Below are positions 15,373 through 23,730 of a stretch of 64,000 nt of DNA, piece by piece. Made by a program: the position numbers and the translations under genes. The notes below the pieces were generated by a model, which was not told where the DNA came from, ran no database searches, and saw nothing but the letters and a program-made list of their open reading frames with translations. The stretch lies in the NCBI GenBank assembly GCA_963705705.1, contig CAVPKK010000004.1, positions 24,112 through 88,111 of the forward strand. Direction: 5' to 3'. The stretch comes from an uncultured bacterium (GTDB taxonomy: Bacteria > Babelota > Babeliae > Babelales > JABCYS01). Every line of letters begins with the position of its first letter. Within the stretch, counting starts at the first letter, position 1.

Positions 15373-17397
15373 TTAAGGCAATGTTGGTACTGCCACATTA
15401 GTGAATGGGTTGACGGTGGCAGTGGTCAACAGCGTAGTGTATGAAGTCTCCATAAAGGTACCGGTTAGATTAGGTATAGAGAAATTTGCGACATCGTTAT
15501 TTTGAGCCCAGTTATTGTGATATCTGTTCAAGCCAGCAGTCAATTCAGCTCCTCCAGTTGAATCATCAAATATGCCATAACCCTTGTTATTATCGAACTG
15601 TGAATTGCTTACAGCAAGATTAATCGTGCTTCCATCAACGTTCAAGCCATAAGCATTTGTACCAACCGAAAATTCCTGAGCATTATTTGCAATACAAGCA
15701 TCAACATATCCGAGTTGCAAGTTATATACCCTAAAACCAGCTGCACCAATTGCATTTGGTCCCGTAGTAATTGTGCTTCCTATAATGGTTTGTACGGTGC
15801 AATGATCAAATACAATATTAAATTGAGTATCTTCTATTTGATCATTTCTGGTCGTAGAAAAACCTGATGCTTCGCCGCCACTAAAATTTTCAATGACGTC
15901 AGCTTGAGAATCTCGACAGACAATGCTGGAGCAAAAGTTAATAAAATGGCCGCCATCTGCAAAACCATTTCCTACAGATAAATTAGCGATCGCATGCGCG
16001 TTAAAGCGTTCCACTATCCCGCCTAGAATACTGGACCAGCTGAATCCTGCAGCGCCAGCAGAAGGCAAAGCGCCTCCAGAGACTATTGATGATGCCGAGC
16101 AATCGGTCATGATAATATTTTTAGAATCCGAAGCCTCGAAACCAGCGGCCATACCAATTTTTGCTATAAGATTATTGGCAACACAAGAACGTAGTATTAC
16201 ATCAAAAGTACCAATAGTAGTAAAACCAGCAATAATTGCTGCGAGCCCAGAGCCACCATCTGTATGCGCATTTGATTGGCAATTCAGGTATGTAATAGTC
16301 TCAGAATTATTGTCACAGAAGCCAGCAAGCCGTGATGCATTTGGTGCGATTATATTGCTGCTCTGACAGTTTTCATACAATACATCTGTTGAATTCTGTA
16401 TATAAGCACCTGCAGCAGCAACCGCAAATCCATAGTCGGAAGTTACCGCAACTGTTTGTCCAAATGAAAACTGACAATTGGTGACAAGCAAATCGCGGAC
16501 ACTGTCTCCAACTAAAGCTATTGAATCTGATGCGGCTACTGTTGCATCAAGTGAAAACCCTGTTTGGAGAATGTTTACATGATCAATGGCTATTGAAAAT
16601 GAGGAACGGTTCAATTGAATGCCGAACTGAGAGAAGTTTCTGATATACCCGTTTACAATCGCGATGTTACTGTTGTTGCTGGTCAATGAAATAGCAGTAC
16701 ATAAAGCGGTATTGTTAACCTGCTGAATTGTGTGCTCGCTCAGATCTAAGTAAACATTACGCGCAGCAATAGTAATAGCCGTCGTCCCAGGAGCAATAGG
16801 AGCAAATGCAATATCCTCCGCAAGACAATAAACTCCCGGTGCACTAATAACATACCCGGCCGGACCAACATCTGCTTGAGTAATAGATATTGGTGTACCG
16901 CAAGGTGCCAATGCCCCAATATCGATAAGAATCTCTTCCAGCATGCTAAAGGTGCCATTAAAGTCTTGAACTAGCTCAGTTTTGATATCTATAAGTTCAC
17001 TGAATGTGCCGTTGAAGTCATCAATAATTAGTGCTTCAAGGTCTGCTAAGACTGAGAATGTGCCATTAAAGTCTGCAACGAGTGTTGTCTCAATCGCGAC
17101 AAGCATTGTAAAAGCACCATTAAGATCACATGACCCGGCAGCGCACGGGCAAGCTAAGAGAGCCTCAAGCATTGAGAATGTGCCATTAAAGTCAGCAACT
17201 AGCTCAGCTTTAATATCAATCAATTCGCTGAATGTACCATTGAAATCTGCTTCGAGTTCTGCACAGCAATTCATCTTAGGGCGCAAACAGCTTCTTGTTA
17301 TTGCATCCTCGCTCATATCCATAGCGGATACATATTCCGGGACGAACAGCGCGCCAACACACAGAGCGGTTAATAGGGTTTGTTTAAACGACATCAT
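15373..17397 (-). CDS. secreted DFNGTFS-repeat protein with large C-terminal parallel beta-helix domain (paralog B)
   Basis: 674 aa, GGAG RBS. Signal peptide MMSFKQTLLTALCVGALFVPEYVSA, 5 DFNGTFS repeats, then a long region of beta-helix-type repeats rich in N/G/S/A (NCQSS, NCQSNAH, DCSASS, FDHCTVQ). Confidence 0.8.
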   Translation of the reverse strand: MMSFKQTLLTALCVGALFVPEYVSAMDMSEDAITRSCLRPKMNCCAELEADFNGTFSELIDIKAELVADFNGTFSMLEALLACPCAAGSCDLNGAFTMLVAIETTLVADFNGTFSVLADLEALIIDDFNGTFSELIDIKTELVQDFNGTFSMLEEILIDIGALAPCGTPISITQADVGPAGYVISAPGVYCLAEDIAFAPIAPGTTAITIAARNVYLDLSEHTIQQVNNTALCTAISLTSNNSNIAIVNGYIRNFSQFGIQLNRSSFSIAIDHVNILQTGFSLDATVAASDSIALVGDSVRDLLVTNCQFSFGQTVAVTSDYGFAVAAAGAYIQNSTDVLYENCQSSNIIAPNASRLAGFCDNNSETITYLNCQSNAHTDGGSGLAAIIAGFTTIGTFDVILRSCVANNLIAKIGMAAGFEASDSKNIIMTDCSASSIVSGGALPSAGAAGFSWSSILGGIVERFNAHAIANLSVGNGFADGGHFINFCSSIVCRDSQADVIENFSGGEASGFSTTRNDQIEDTQFNIVFDHCTVQTIIGSTITTGPNAIGAAGFRVYNLQLGYVDACIANNAQEFSVGTNAYGLNVDGSTINLAVSNSQFDNNKGYGIFDDSTGGAELTAGLNRYHNNWAQNNDVANFSIPNLTGTFMETSYTTLLTTATVNPFTNVAVPTLP

Positions 17398-17699
17398 TAG
17401 GAACTCCTTCTTCCATGATTAATAAAAAAAGTGCAATCTCGAGCATCAATCGCATCTCGAAATCTCACTGAACTACTTTTTGGCCAATACAATTTAAGAG
17501 TACCTGCGGCAGGAAAATCCCGTCAAGCGATAGTAGCCAAATGAAGCAATAGAGCATCCGAGAAAGCATTTTCTGATTAAGACGTGAAAATACGGCTAAT
17601 TTGCAGGCCCTGTAGGCTAAAATCTGACGATCCGGTACAATATATCATTGCAAAATGGATGTTAACTGAATATACCTGCTCCCATACCTCATTACCTTT

Positions 17700-19580
17700 A
17701 TGATTCAATTACAAAACCTCACATTCGACCTCAATACCAACCTCATTTTTGAGGACATTAACTGCACGATCCAAGATAATGATCGTGTAGGAATAATTGG
17801 CCGCAATGGTGCCGGCAAATCCACCCTGCTTAAAATGATTGCCGGCAAACTCACACCGACATCAGGAAGCGTGCATATTCAGCGTGATTCGCGAATCGCA
17901 TACTTACCACAAGAAGAGATTCTAAATTCCCCCTTAACCGTTTTTGATGAAGCATTTTCTGCCTTCAGTGAAATGGTGGTGACTGAGCAAAAAATTCATG
18001 AAATCGATGAGGCAATCGGCAATGGTACATGCACAGACGAGCAGTTGGAAGAGTATGCAGCACTCCATGAGATCATGCGGCAATGGAATAAGGAAGAATC
18101 TATTCAACAAACTAAAGATGTACTTGCCGGATTGGGCTTCACGCCAGCAACAATCCAAAAGAATGTAAGCGAGTTGAGTACTGGTTGGAAAATGCGCCTT
18201 GCATTAGCCAAGTTATTATTAACCGATGCAGATATGTATTTATTTGATGAGCCGACCAACCACTTGGATATTGTTACTCAGCAATGGTTTTTGGAGAAAC
18301 TGCAGTCGATGAAGCAAGGATTCATGTTGGTGAGCCATGATCAAGTATATTTGGAAAAAGTATGTACCAGCATCTTGGAAATTGAACGGGGCGAAGGCAC
18401 CTATTACCGCGGCAATTTACAGTCTTATTTACGTGCAAAAGAAGAACGAATAGAACTTGCAAAACGAACACGTGCACGGCAAGAACGAGACATTGCGCAT
18501 AAGCAAACGATTATTGAAAAATTCCGGGCAAGCGCGACTAAGGCACGGCAGGCGCAAAGCTTGATGAAGAAGATTGACCGTATTGAACTGGTTGAGGTTG
18601 AGCCCCCATTGCCGACCATTAAGTTTCAGTTCCCAAGCCCGCCCAAGCCGGGCAATATTATTCTTACATTCCATAATTTGAGCTATGCCTTTGGGCAACA
18701 GCCGCCGGTGTTCCAAAATGCATCGGGCGAAATACAGCGAGGCGAACGAGTTGCGATTGTAGCTGCCAATGGGGTGGGCAAAAGTACCTTACTTAATTGC
18801 ATCATGGGTACTTACACGCCAACGTCTGGCTATGCAAAGTTTGGGCACAACGTGCAAACGGCCTTCTTTGCGCAGGATCAAGCAAGAACATTGCATCCAG
18901 ATAAAACAGTATTTAATGAAGTATCAGATGCATGTCCGAAAATAAGCACGTCGGAAATACGAGCAGTCCTTGGTGCCTTCCAATTTAGTGGTGACGACGT
19001 TGATAAAAAAATTAATGTACTGAGCGGCGGTGAGAAAAATCGTGTTGCAATGGCCAAAGTGTTGTTGCAGCGGGCAAATTTTTTGATACTCGATGAACCA
19101 ACCAACCATTTGGACCTATATGCCAAGGATGTGTTGCGTCAGGCACTCGCATCCTACGAAGGCACGATATTATTTGTTACCCACGACCTTACATTCATAA
19201 ATAAACTAGCAACGCGCATCATTGAACTAACGCCAAACGATGCACATAGTTATCCTGGCACGTATGAAGAGTTTTGTGTTGCAAAAAAATTGGCACACGT
19301 TGCAAACTCCAAGGTCACTACACCCATACAAGTGAATTCGAAAAAGAAAGAGAAAAATCCAGAGCATCGGGAATTATATAAAGAGATCCAATCTTTGGAA
19401 CGATCTATTAATAAGCTCGAACATGAAGAGAAAAGGGAAGTTGAACTTTTAGGCCGCTGTGAGTATGGTTCTAATGAATACAGTAAATCTCTGAAAAAAC
19501 TGACCGAAACTCAGGAAAAGTTGAAGAAAGTTCAGATGGAATGGGAAGAAAAAATGGATGATGCGGGTCGAAATCCATGA
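17700..19580 (+). CDS. ABC-F family ATPase (two ABC domains plus C-terminal coiled coil; Uup/YheS-like translation factor type)
   Basis: 626 aa. Two Walker A sites (GRNGAGKSTLLK, AANGVGKSTLLN), two signature motifs (LSTGWKMRL, LSGGEKNRV) and two Walker B (LFDEPTNHLD, ILDEPTNHLD). No TM domain. Confidence 0.9.
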   Translation: MIQLQNLTFDLNTNLIFEDINCTIQDNDRVGIIGRNGAGKSTLLKMIAGKLTPTSGSVHIQRDSRIAYLPQEEILNSPLTVFDEAFSAFSEMVVTEQKIHEIDEAIGNGTCTDEQLEEYAALHEIMRQWNKEESIQQTKDVLAGLGFTPATIQKNVSELSTGWKMRLALAKLLLTDADMYLFDEPTNHLDIVTQQWFLEKLQSMKQGFMLVSHDQVYLEKVCTSILEIERGEGTYYRGNLQSYLRAKEERIELAKRTRARQERDIAHKQTIIEKFRASATKARQAQSLMKKIDRIELVEVEPPLPTIKFQFPSPPKPGNIILTFHNLSYAFGQQPPVFQNASGEIQRGERVAIVAANGVGKSTLLNCIMGTYTPTSGYAKFGHNVQTAFFAQDQARTLHPDKTVFNEVSDACPKISTSEIRAVLGAFQFSGDDVDKKINVLSGGEKNRVAMAKVLLQRANFLILDEPTNHLDLYAKDVLRQALASYEGTILFVTHDLTFINKLATRIIELTPNDAHSYPGTYEEFCVAKKLAHVANSKVTTPIQVNSKKKEKNPEHRELYKEIQSLERSINKLEHEEKREVELLGRCEYGSNEYSKSLKKLTETQEKLKKVQMEWEEKMDDAGRNP

Positions 19581-20413
19581 AGGGATTTTTGATGAAGAAA
19601 ATTATCGGCTTGGTAATATGCATGACACATTTCGCCTTCGGAAGCCCATGTCACCTGACCAAAGAGCAGGCGCAACAGTTGCAACAAAAAGGCTACGTTG
19701 TGCTCGAGGGAATTTTAGACAAAGAAGAAGTTGAGCTTGTCAGAACAATAGTTGATGGTATTGTTGCCGCGTATCAGATAAAAGAATGGGATAATGCATT
19801 TGCCAAGGGCTCTCACGGCAAAGATTATTACAACATCCGTACGGCACTCGATTATACCTCAGGCCTTGATTATCTCATCGATCATCCGAAATTATATGAT
19901 GTAATCACTTCGCTTATGGGGCATAACATTCATATAACAACCTTCAATCTGTTTGTGCGTAAGCCGTGCACGCAATCAACTGATAACAAACTTGGATTAT
20001 TTCACGTTGATGTGGGGGCTACCAGCAAAAAAACTGCTGCTAACTTCCCCATGCAAATAAATGTACAATTTTTTTTAACTGATCTACCTGACGAAAATGC
20101 CGGCAATTTTATGGTAGTCCCTGGTACCCACTTCAATCATTTATCTGATGGCTACCACCAAATAGCTGAATGCAATAAATATCTTGAAAAAGATCTTTTA
20201 CCACCAGGAACGGTTCAGATAAAGGCAAAGGCCGGCGATGTTTTAATTCATTTTTTGGAAGTCTGGCATGCCGTCGCTCCAAATTATTCAAACAATACAC
20301 GCAAAAGCATTGGGCTGCGCTATGGGCAAAAGTCAGTTCGAAATGAAAATTTTAAGATAAATCCCGATATTCTAGGCCGCATGACAACTAGACAGCGTGG
20401 CCTATTAAGTTAG
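19577..20413 (+). CDS. phytanoyl-CoA dioxygenase (PhyH) family Fe(II)/2-oxoglutarate oxygenase with signal-peptide-like N-terminus
   Basis: 278 aa. ATGA overlap with the ABC-F stop. LQQKGYVVLEGILDKEEV, FHVDVG (HxD), and WHAVAPNYSNNTRKSIGLRY (distal His and Arg). Confidence 0.6.
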   Translation: MKGFLMKKIIGLVICMTHFAFGSPCHLTKEQAQQLQQKGYVVLEGILDKEEVELVRTIVDGIVAAYQIKEWDNAFAKGSHGKDYYNIRTALDYTSGLDYLIDHPKLYDVITSLMGHNIHITTFNLFVRKPCTQSTDNKLGLFHVDVGATSKKTAANFPMQINVQFFLTDLPDENAGNFMVVPGTHFNHLSDGYHQIAECNKYLEKDLLPPGTVQIKAKAGDVLIHFLEVWHAVAPNYSNNTRKSIGLRYGQKSVRNENFKINPDILGRMTTRQRGLLS

Positions 20414-20458
20414 GGGGCACTTTGACTTCATAGTGCGGCTGGCTAGACTTTTGTCATT

Positions 20459-22126
20459 ATGATTACAAAAAAACTACACCTAGCACTCGCATTATTTACA
20501 GCCGTTGCACCCGTTATTGCAAATCCTCAACACAACGATTCGTGGGAGTTTGGCAATCTTGTGCAGCATTCACTTAATAACACATCGCAACGCAACCGCC
20601 TTAAGCAGGCCTGGACCGACATCTGCAATGTCTTTGGTCTGGTAGGTGCGGAGTTTGCAAATCGGATAACCTTAAGTAACAGAGAAGCCGATGTTATTAC
20701 GCGGTTTGTAAGACAAAATAAAGAACTGTATGCCGCTTATGCCGCGACGGGGAATATTGATGATATTTTACCGCAAGTAAGCCAATCAGAAGTTAATGCC
20801 ATCTTTACATCCAATCTCTATTTACGGGCTACCGATACGTTAAAAGATATGTGCCGAAATGAAGATCTTCTCTCACGCTGCTCAAATGCTATTAGATCAG
20901 CGGGCACCCAGATCATCCAATTTCTTGATGCATTGCAACCAAGATCAGACACAGAACGAGCCGACGTAGCGACCATCCGCGAAGAGGTGCGAACGTTTGT
21001 AAATTCAGCTGAACCGAATGCCCGAGATTTAGCGGCTGCATTTACCGACTGGCTATCATCCTATCGCGCCGGGCTTAAACGAGGCATCATAAAAGCACCT
21101 CAATTTATACTACCTACCTCGTGGGCACGCTTACAACATTATGCGGAAGCGGCCCTCCGTGCTTGCGAAGTCGGTGATGGGTTTGTATTCAATCCAATTG
21201 TTTCTCTGCTTGAATCGATGGGAAAGGTGCTGGAAAAACGCTTTGCACCGCCCGCAGCTCCGGCTGATCATGCCACTTATGCGCCCGCTCCAGATAATGG
21301 TGATTCCGGGTTCGTTGATCACTTAAAAAATTATGGTTTGATGTATGCCGGCATTACCGTTGGTGGTATTGCCATTTGGTATTATTGGTATCGTTCTGCT
21401 GCGCAACCGCGACGAGAACCGGATTTAGATCCGCGGCCGCGACGACCAGAACCGAATCCAAATCCAAATCGTGGCCAAGGCGCCGTACCGCCACCGCCGC
21501 CGTATCAAGAAAATCCACCGCCTATTAACCCTGAGTATGCACCAGGGAACCAAGCTCCGGTTTATCCTCGGCTTAATCCACTACCGCAGCCGCCGAATCC
21601 GCATCAGGCGCCGCCAGTTGTTCAGGCACCACCGGTAGTAAATATTATTAATCAGATGCCAGCTAACCCGCCACAGCCAGCTCCTCAACCGCCAATGGCT
21701 GGTTTTATTCCTAATGTAATGGCTTCCATGCTTAGGTGCGCTTTTTGCGATCGCCAGCCGTGTTTATGTTGCAGAAGTTGTCATCGCTATCAATGCTCGT
21801 GTTGTATGTGGTGCAACCAAACTCCATGCTTGGGCACTTACGCATTCTGTCTAAATCGACCCCGGCCACAGGCAGTACATGTTCACCATTATCATGAACG
21901 ACCAGTTTCTCCGGTTGTTGTAGTTCAACCTGCACCGGTATCACTGCCAACATATATACCGCCAACAAATGTACGGCCAGCGGTATCATTACCACCAGTT
22001 AGCAGCCCAGCAAGTTTGGGCGGTTTTGGCGGCGGGACTTTCCAGTCATTTGGCAGCTCAGCTAGCAGTGCAAATTCACTATCGCGGGGTAAAGGTTTTG
22101 CAACAATGCCTGGGTTTGGCAAATAA
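20459..22126 (+). CDS. hypothetical membrane protein: signal peptide, TM helix, proline-rich region with PPPY, Cys-rich cluster
   Basis: 555 aa. MITKKLHLALALFTAVAPVIANP, TM GLMYAGITVGGIAIWYYWY, VPPPPPYQENPPPINPEY..., CAFCDRQPCLCCRSCHRYQCSCCMWCNQTPC. Confidence 0.6.
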   Translation: MITKKLHLALALFTAVAPVIANPQHNDSWEFGNLVQHSLNNTSQRNRLKQAWTDICNVFGLVGAEFANRITLSNREADVITRFVRQNKELYAAYAATGNIDDILPQVSQSEVNAIFTSNLYLRATDTLKDMCRNEDLLSRCSNAIRSAGTQIIQFLDALQPRSDTERADVATIREEVRTFVNSAEPNARDLAAAFTDWLSSYRAGLKRGIIKAPQFILPTSWARLQHYAEAALRACEVGDGFVFNPIVSLLESMGKVLEKRFAPPAAPADHATYAPAPDNGDSGFVDHLKNYGLMYAGITVGGIAIWYYWYRSAAQPRREPDLDPRPRRPEPNPNPNRGQGAVPPPPPYQENPPPINPEYAPGNQAPVYPRLNPLPQPPNPHQAPPVVQAPPVVNIINQMPANPPQPAPQPPMAGFIPNVMASMLRCAFCDRQPCLCCRSCHRYQCSCCMWCNQTPCLGTYAFCLNRPRPQAVHVHHYHERPVSPVVVVQPAPVSLPTYIPPTNVRPAVSLPPVSSPASLGGFGGGTFQSFGSSASSANSLSRGKGFATMPGFGK

Positions 22127-22208
22127 AATCCTGCGTCTCTACCAATTTCCTCATATAGTATGTTAGCCTTAACATGAATGGCAGCTCAGGCATACATAAA
22201 GGATTTTT

Positions 22209-23612
22209 ATGACTACTGCACAAAAAGTTATTCGCTACTTTTATCCTGACTTAAAACAGGAAGAGATAAGAAAATTTGGCATATTATCGGTTATTTTTTT
22301 TCTTATCATCGGAACTTATTGGTTACTTCGTCTGCTTAAGTACACCATTTTCCTTAAGATCGCTTTTCCGGAATGCCATGGTTGGGCATCTGAACAGGGC
22401 CGTTTGTTTCAGCCAACGGCAAAGAAATTATCACCCTGGATAGTGTTGATCATGGTGCTCATCTACTCCAAATTGGTAGATAAGGTAAAAAAGCACCAGC
22501 TCTTTTATATAATCTGTACTTTCTATGCCATATTGTTTTGCGGATTCGCTGGCATCCTTTTGCTAAAAGATCTCTACGGAACCCAAATGATAGGCAAATT
22601 AGCGTTGGCCACACTTGGCTGGGTAAGCTATTTTGCCATTGAAAGCTTTGGTTCATTAGTTGTTTCTTTATTTTGGGCATTCACTAATAGCACTACCGAT
22701 TCCGATTCTGCCAAACGCGGGTTTCCATTCATTGTGGCTATGGCACAACTAGCAGCCATTTTTGGATCTGGCACATTATTCTTTTCTGGTTCTCTTGGAA
22801 CACTGTGGCCTATTTTGCTATTGGCCTCTATCTTGGTTTTGGCCGTTATTCCTTGCGTGCGTTATTTCGAGCAACACGTTCCCGCATCAATGATGGTTGG
22901 TAACGTTGCTGCGGCGGCAACTGAGAAAAGGAAGGAAGGCTTCATTGAAGGATTTGTTTCAGGAATTGTATTACTATTTTCTCGCTCCTATTTACTTGGC
23001 GTGCTTGTAATTTCAACCTTCTACGAAGCGGTATCACAAATTGTGGAATATCAGATGCAAGCATATGCCTGCATGGCACCAGCGTATAAAAGCGAAATCG
23101 CTTTTGCCCAGTTTATGAGCCTGTATGGCATCGCGACCAATGTTGTTTCATTCTTGGTTGCATTGCTTGGCACCGGCTACATTCTTAAACGATTTGGTGC
23201 CCGCATTAGTTTGTTAGTTTACCCTATCACCTTTGGCCTCACCCTGTTAGGGCTATATACCTATTTCAAATTCCACCCTTCCCCGGCGTTACTATTATGG
23301 GCAACCTTTGTTGCAGTGGTAATCTTAAAGGGAGTTGGTTATGCGGTGAATTCGCCAACCAAGGAAATGATGTATATCCCGACCAGCAAGGATGCCAAAT
23401 TCAAATCTAAAGGTTGGATCGATACCTTCGGTAGCCGCTTTTCTAAATCCGGCGGCGCCCAAGTTAATGACATGTTTAAAACCAACCTTCCCGATCTTAT
23501 GTTTTATGGTTCTATGATCGGCTTTGGCGTGGTCGGCATCTGGATTGTTGCGGCCATCTATGTTGGCACCAGGAACAAACAACTCGTTGAATCTCGCCAA
23601 ATCATTGAATAG
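22209..23612 (+). CDS. nucleotide transporter, Tlc/NTT family, paralog 2
   Basis: 467 aa, AAAGGA RBS. YWLLRLLKYTIF and YFAIESFGSLVVSLFWAFTNSTTDSDSAKRGFPF are collinear with 11562..12959. Confidence 0.8.
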   Translation: MTTAQKVIRYFYPDLKQEEIRKFGILSVIFFLIIGTYWLLRLLKYTIFLKIAFPECHGWASEQGRLFQPTAKKLSPWIVLIMVLIYSKLVDKVKKHQLFYIICTFYAILFCGFAGILLLKDLYGTQMIGKLALATLGWVSYFAIESFGSLVVSLFWAFTNSTTDSDSAKRGFPFIVAMAQLAAIFGSGTLFFSGSLGTLWPILLLASILVLAVIPCVRYFEQHVPASMMVGNVAAAATEKRKEGFIEGFVSGIVLLFSRSYLLGVLVISTFYEAVSQIVEYQMQAYACMAPAYKSEIAFAQFMSLYGIATNVVSFLVALLGTGYILKRFGARISLLVYPITFGLTLLGLYTYFKFHPSPALLLWATFVAVVILKGVGYAVNSPTKEMMYIPTSKDAKFKSKGWIDTFGSRFSKSGGAQVNDMFKTNLPDLMFYGSMIGFGVVGIWIVAAIYVGTRNKQLVESRQIIE

Positions 23613-23730
23613 ATTTGGAATTACAAATAGCGATAATTAAGCGCTTTCTGCCTTTGACAGGCAAATCAGACGTATTAACCTGTACCCTACCCAAAAATAT
23701 CACCATCGATTTTACTCACGAGTATTAACA

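Noticed and set aside
15923-17422. Two plus-strand ORFs (15923-16366, 16982-17422) opposite the beta-helix/DFNGTFS gene
   Set aside because: They are antisense shadows of a repeat-rich gene. The second simply mirrors the DFNGTFS repeats as NVPLKS repeats. The minus-strand gene has an RBS, a signal peptide and a paralog.
21400-21700. Proline-rich coding tract as a possible DNA tandem repeat or VNTR
   Set aside because: The codons vary (CCG/CCA/CCT mixed with other residues), with no fixed-period nucleotide repeat. It is a compositionally biased protein region and not a DNA satellite.
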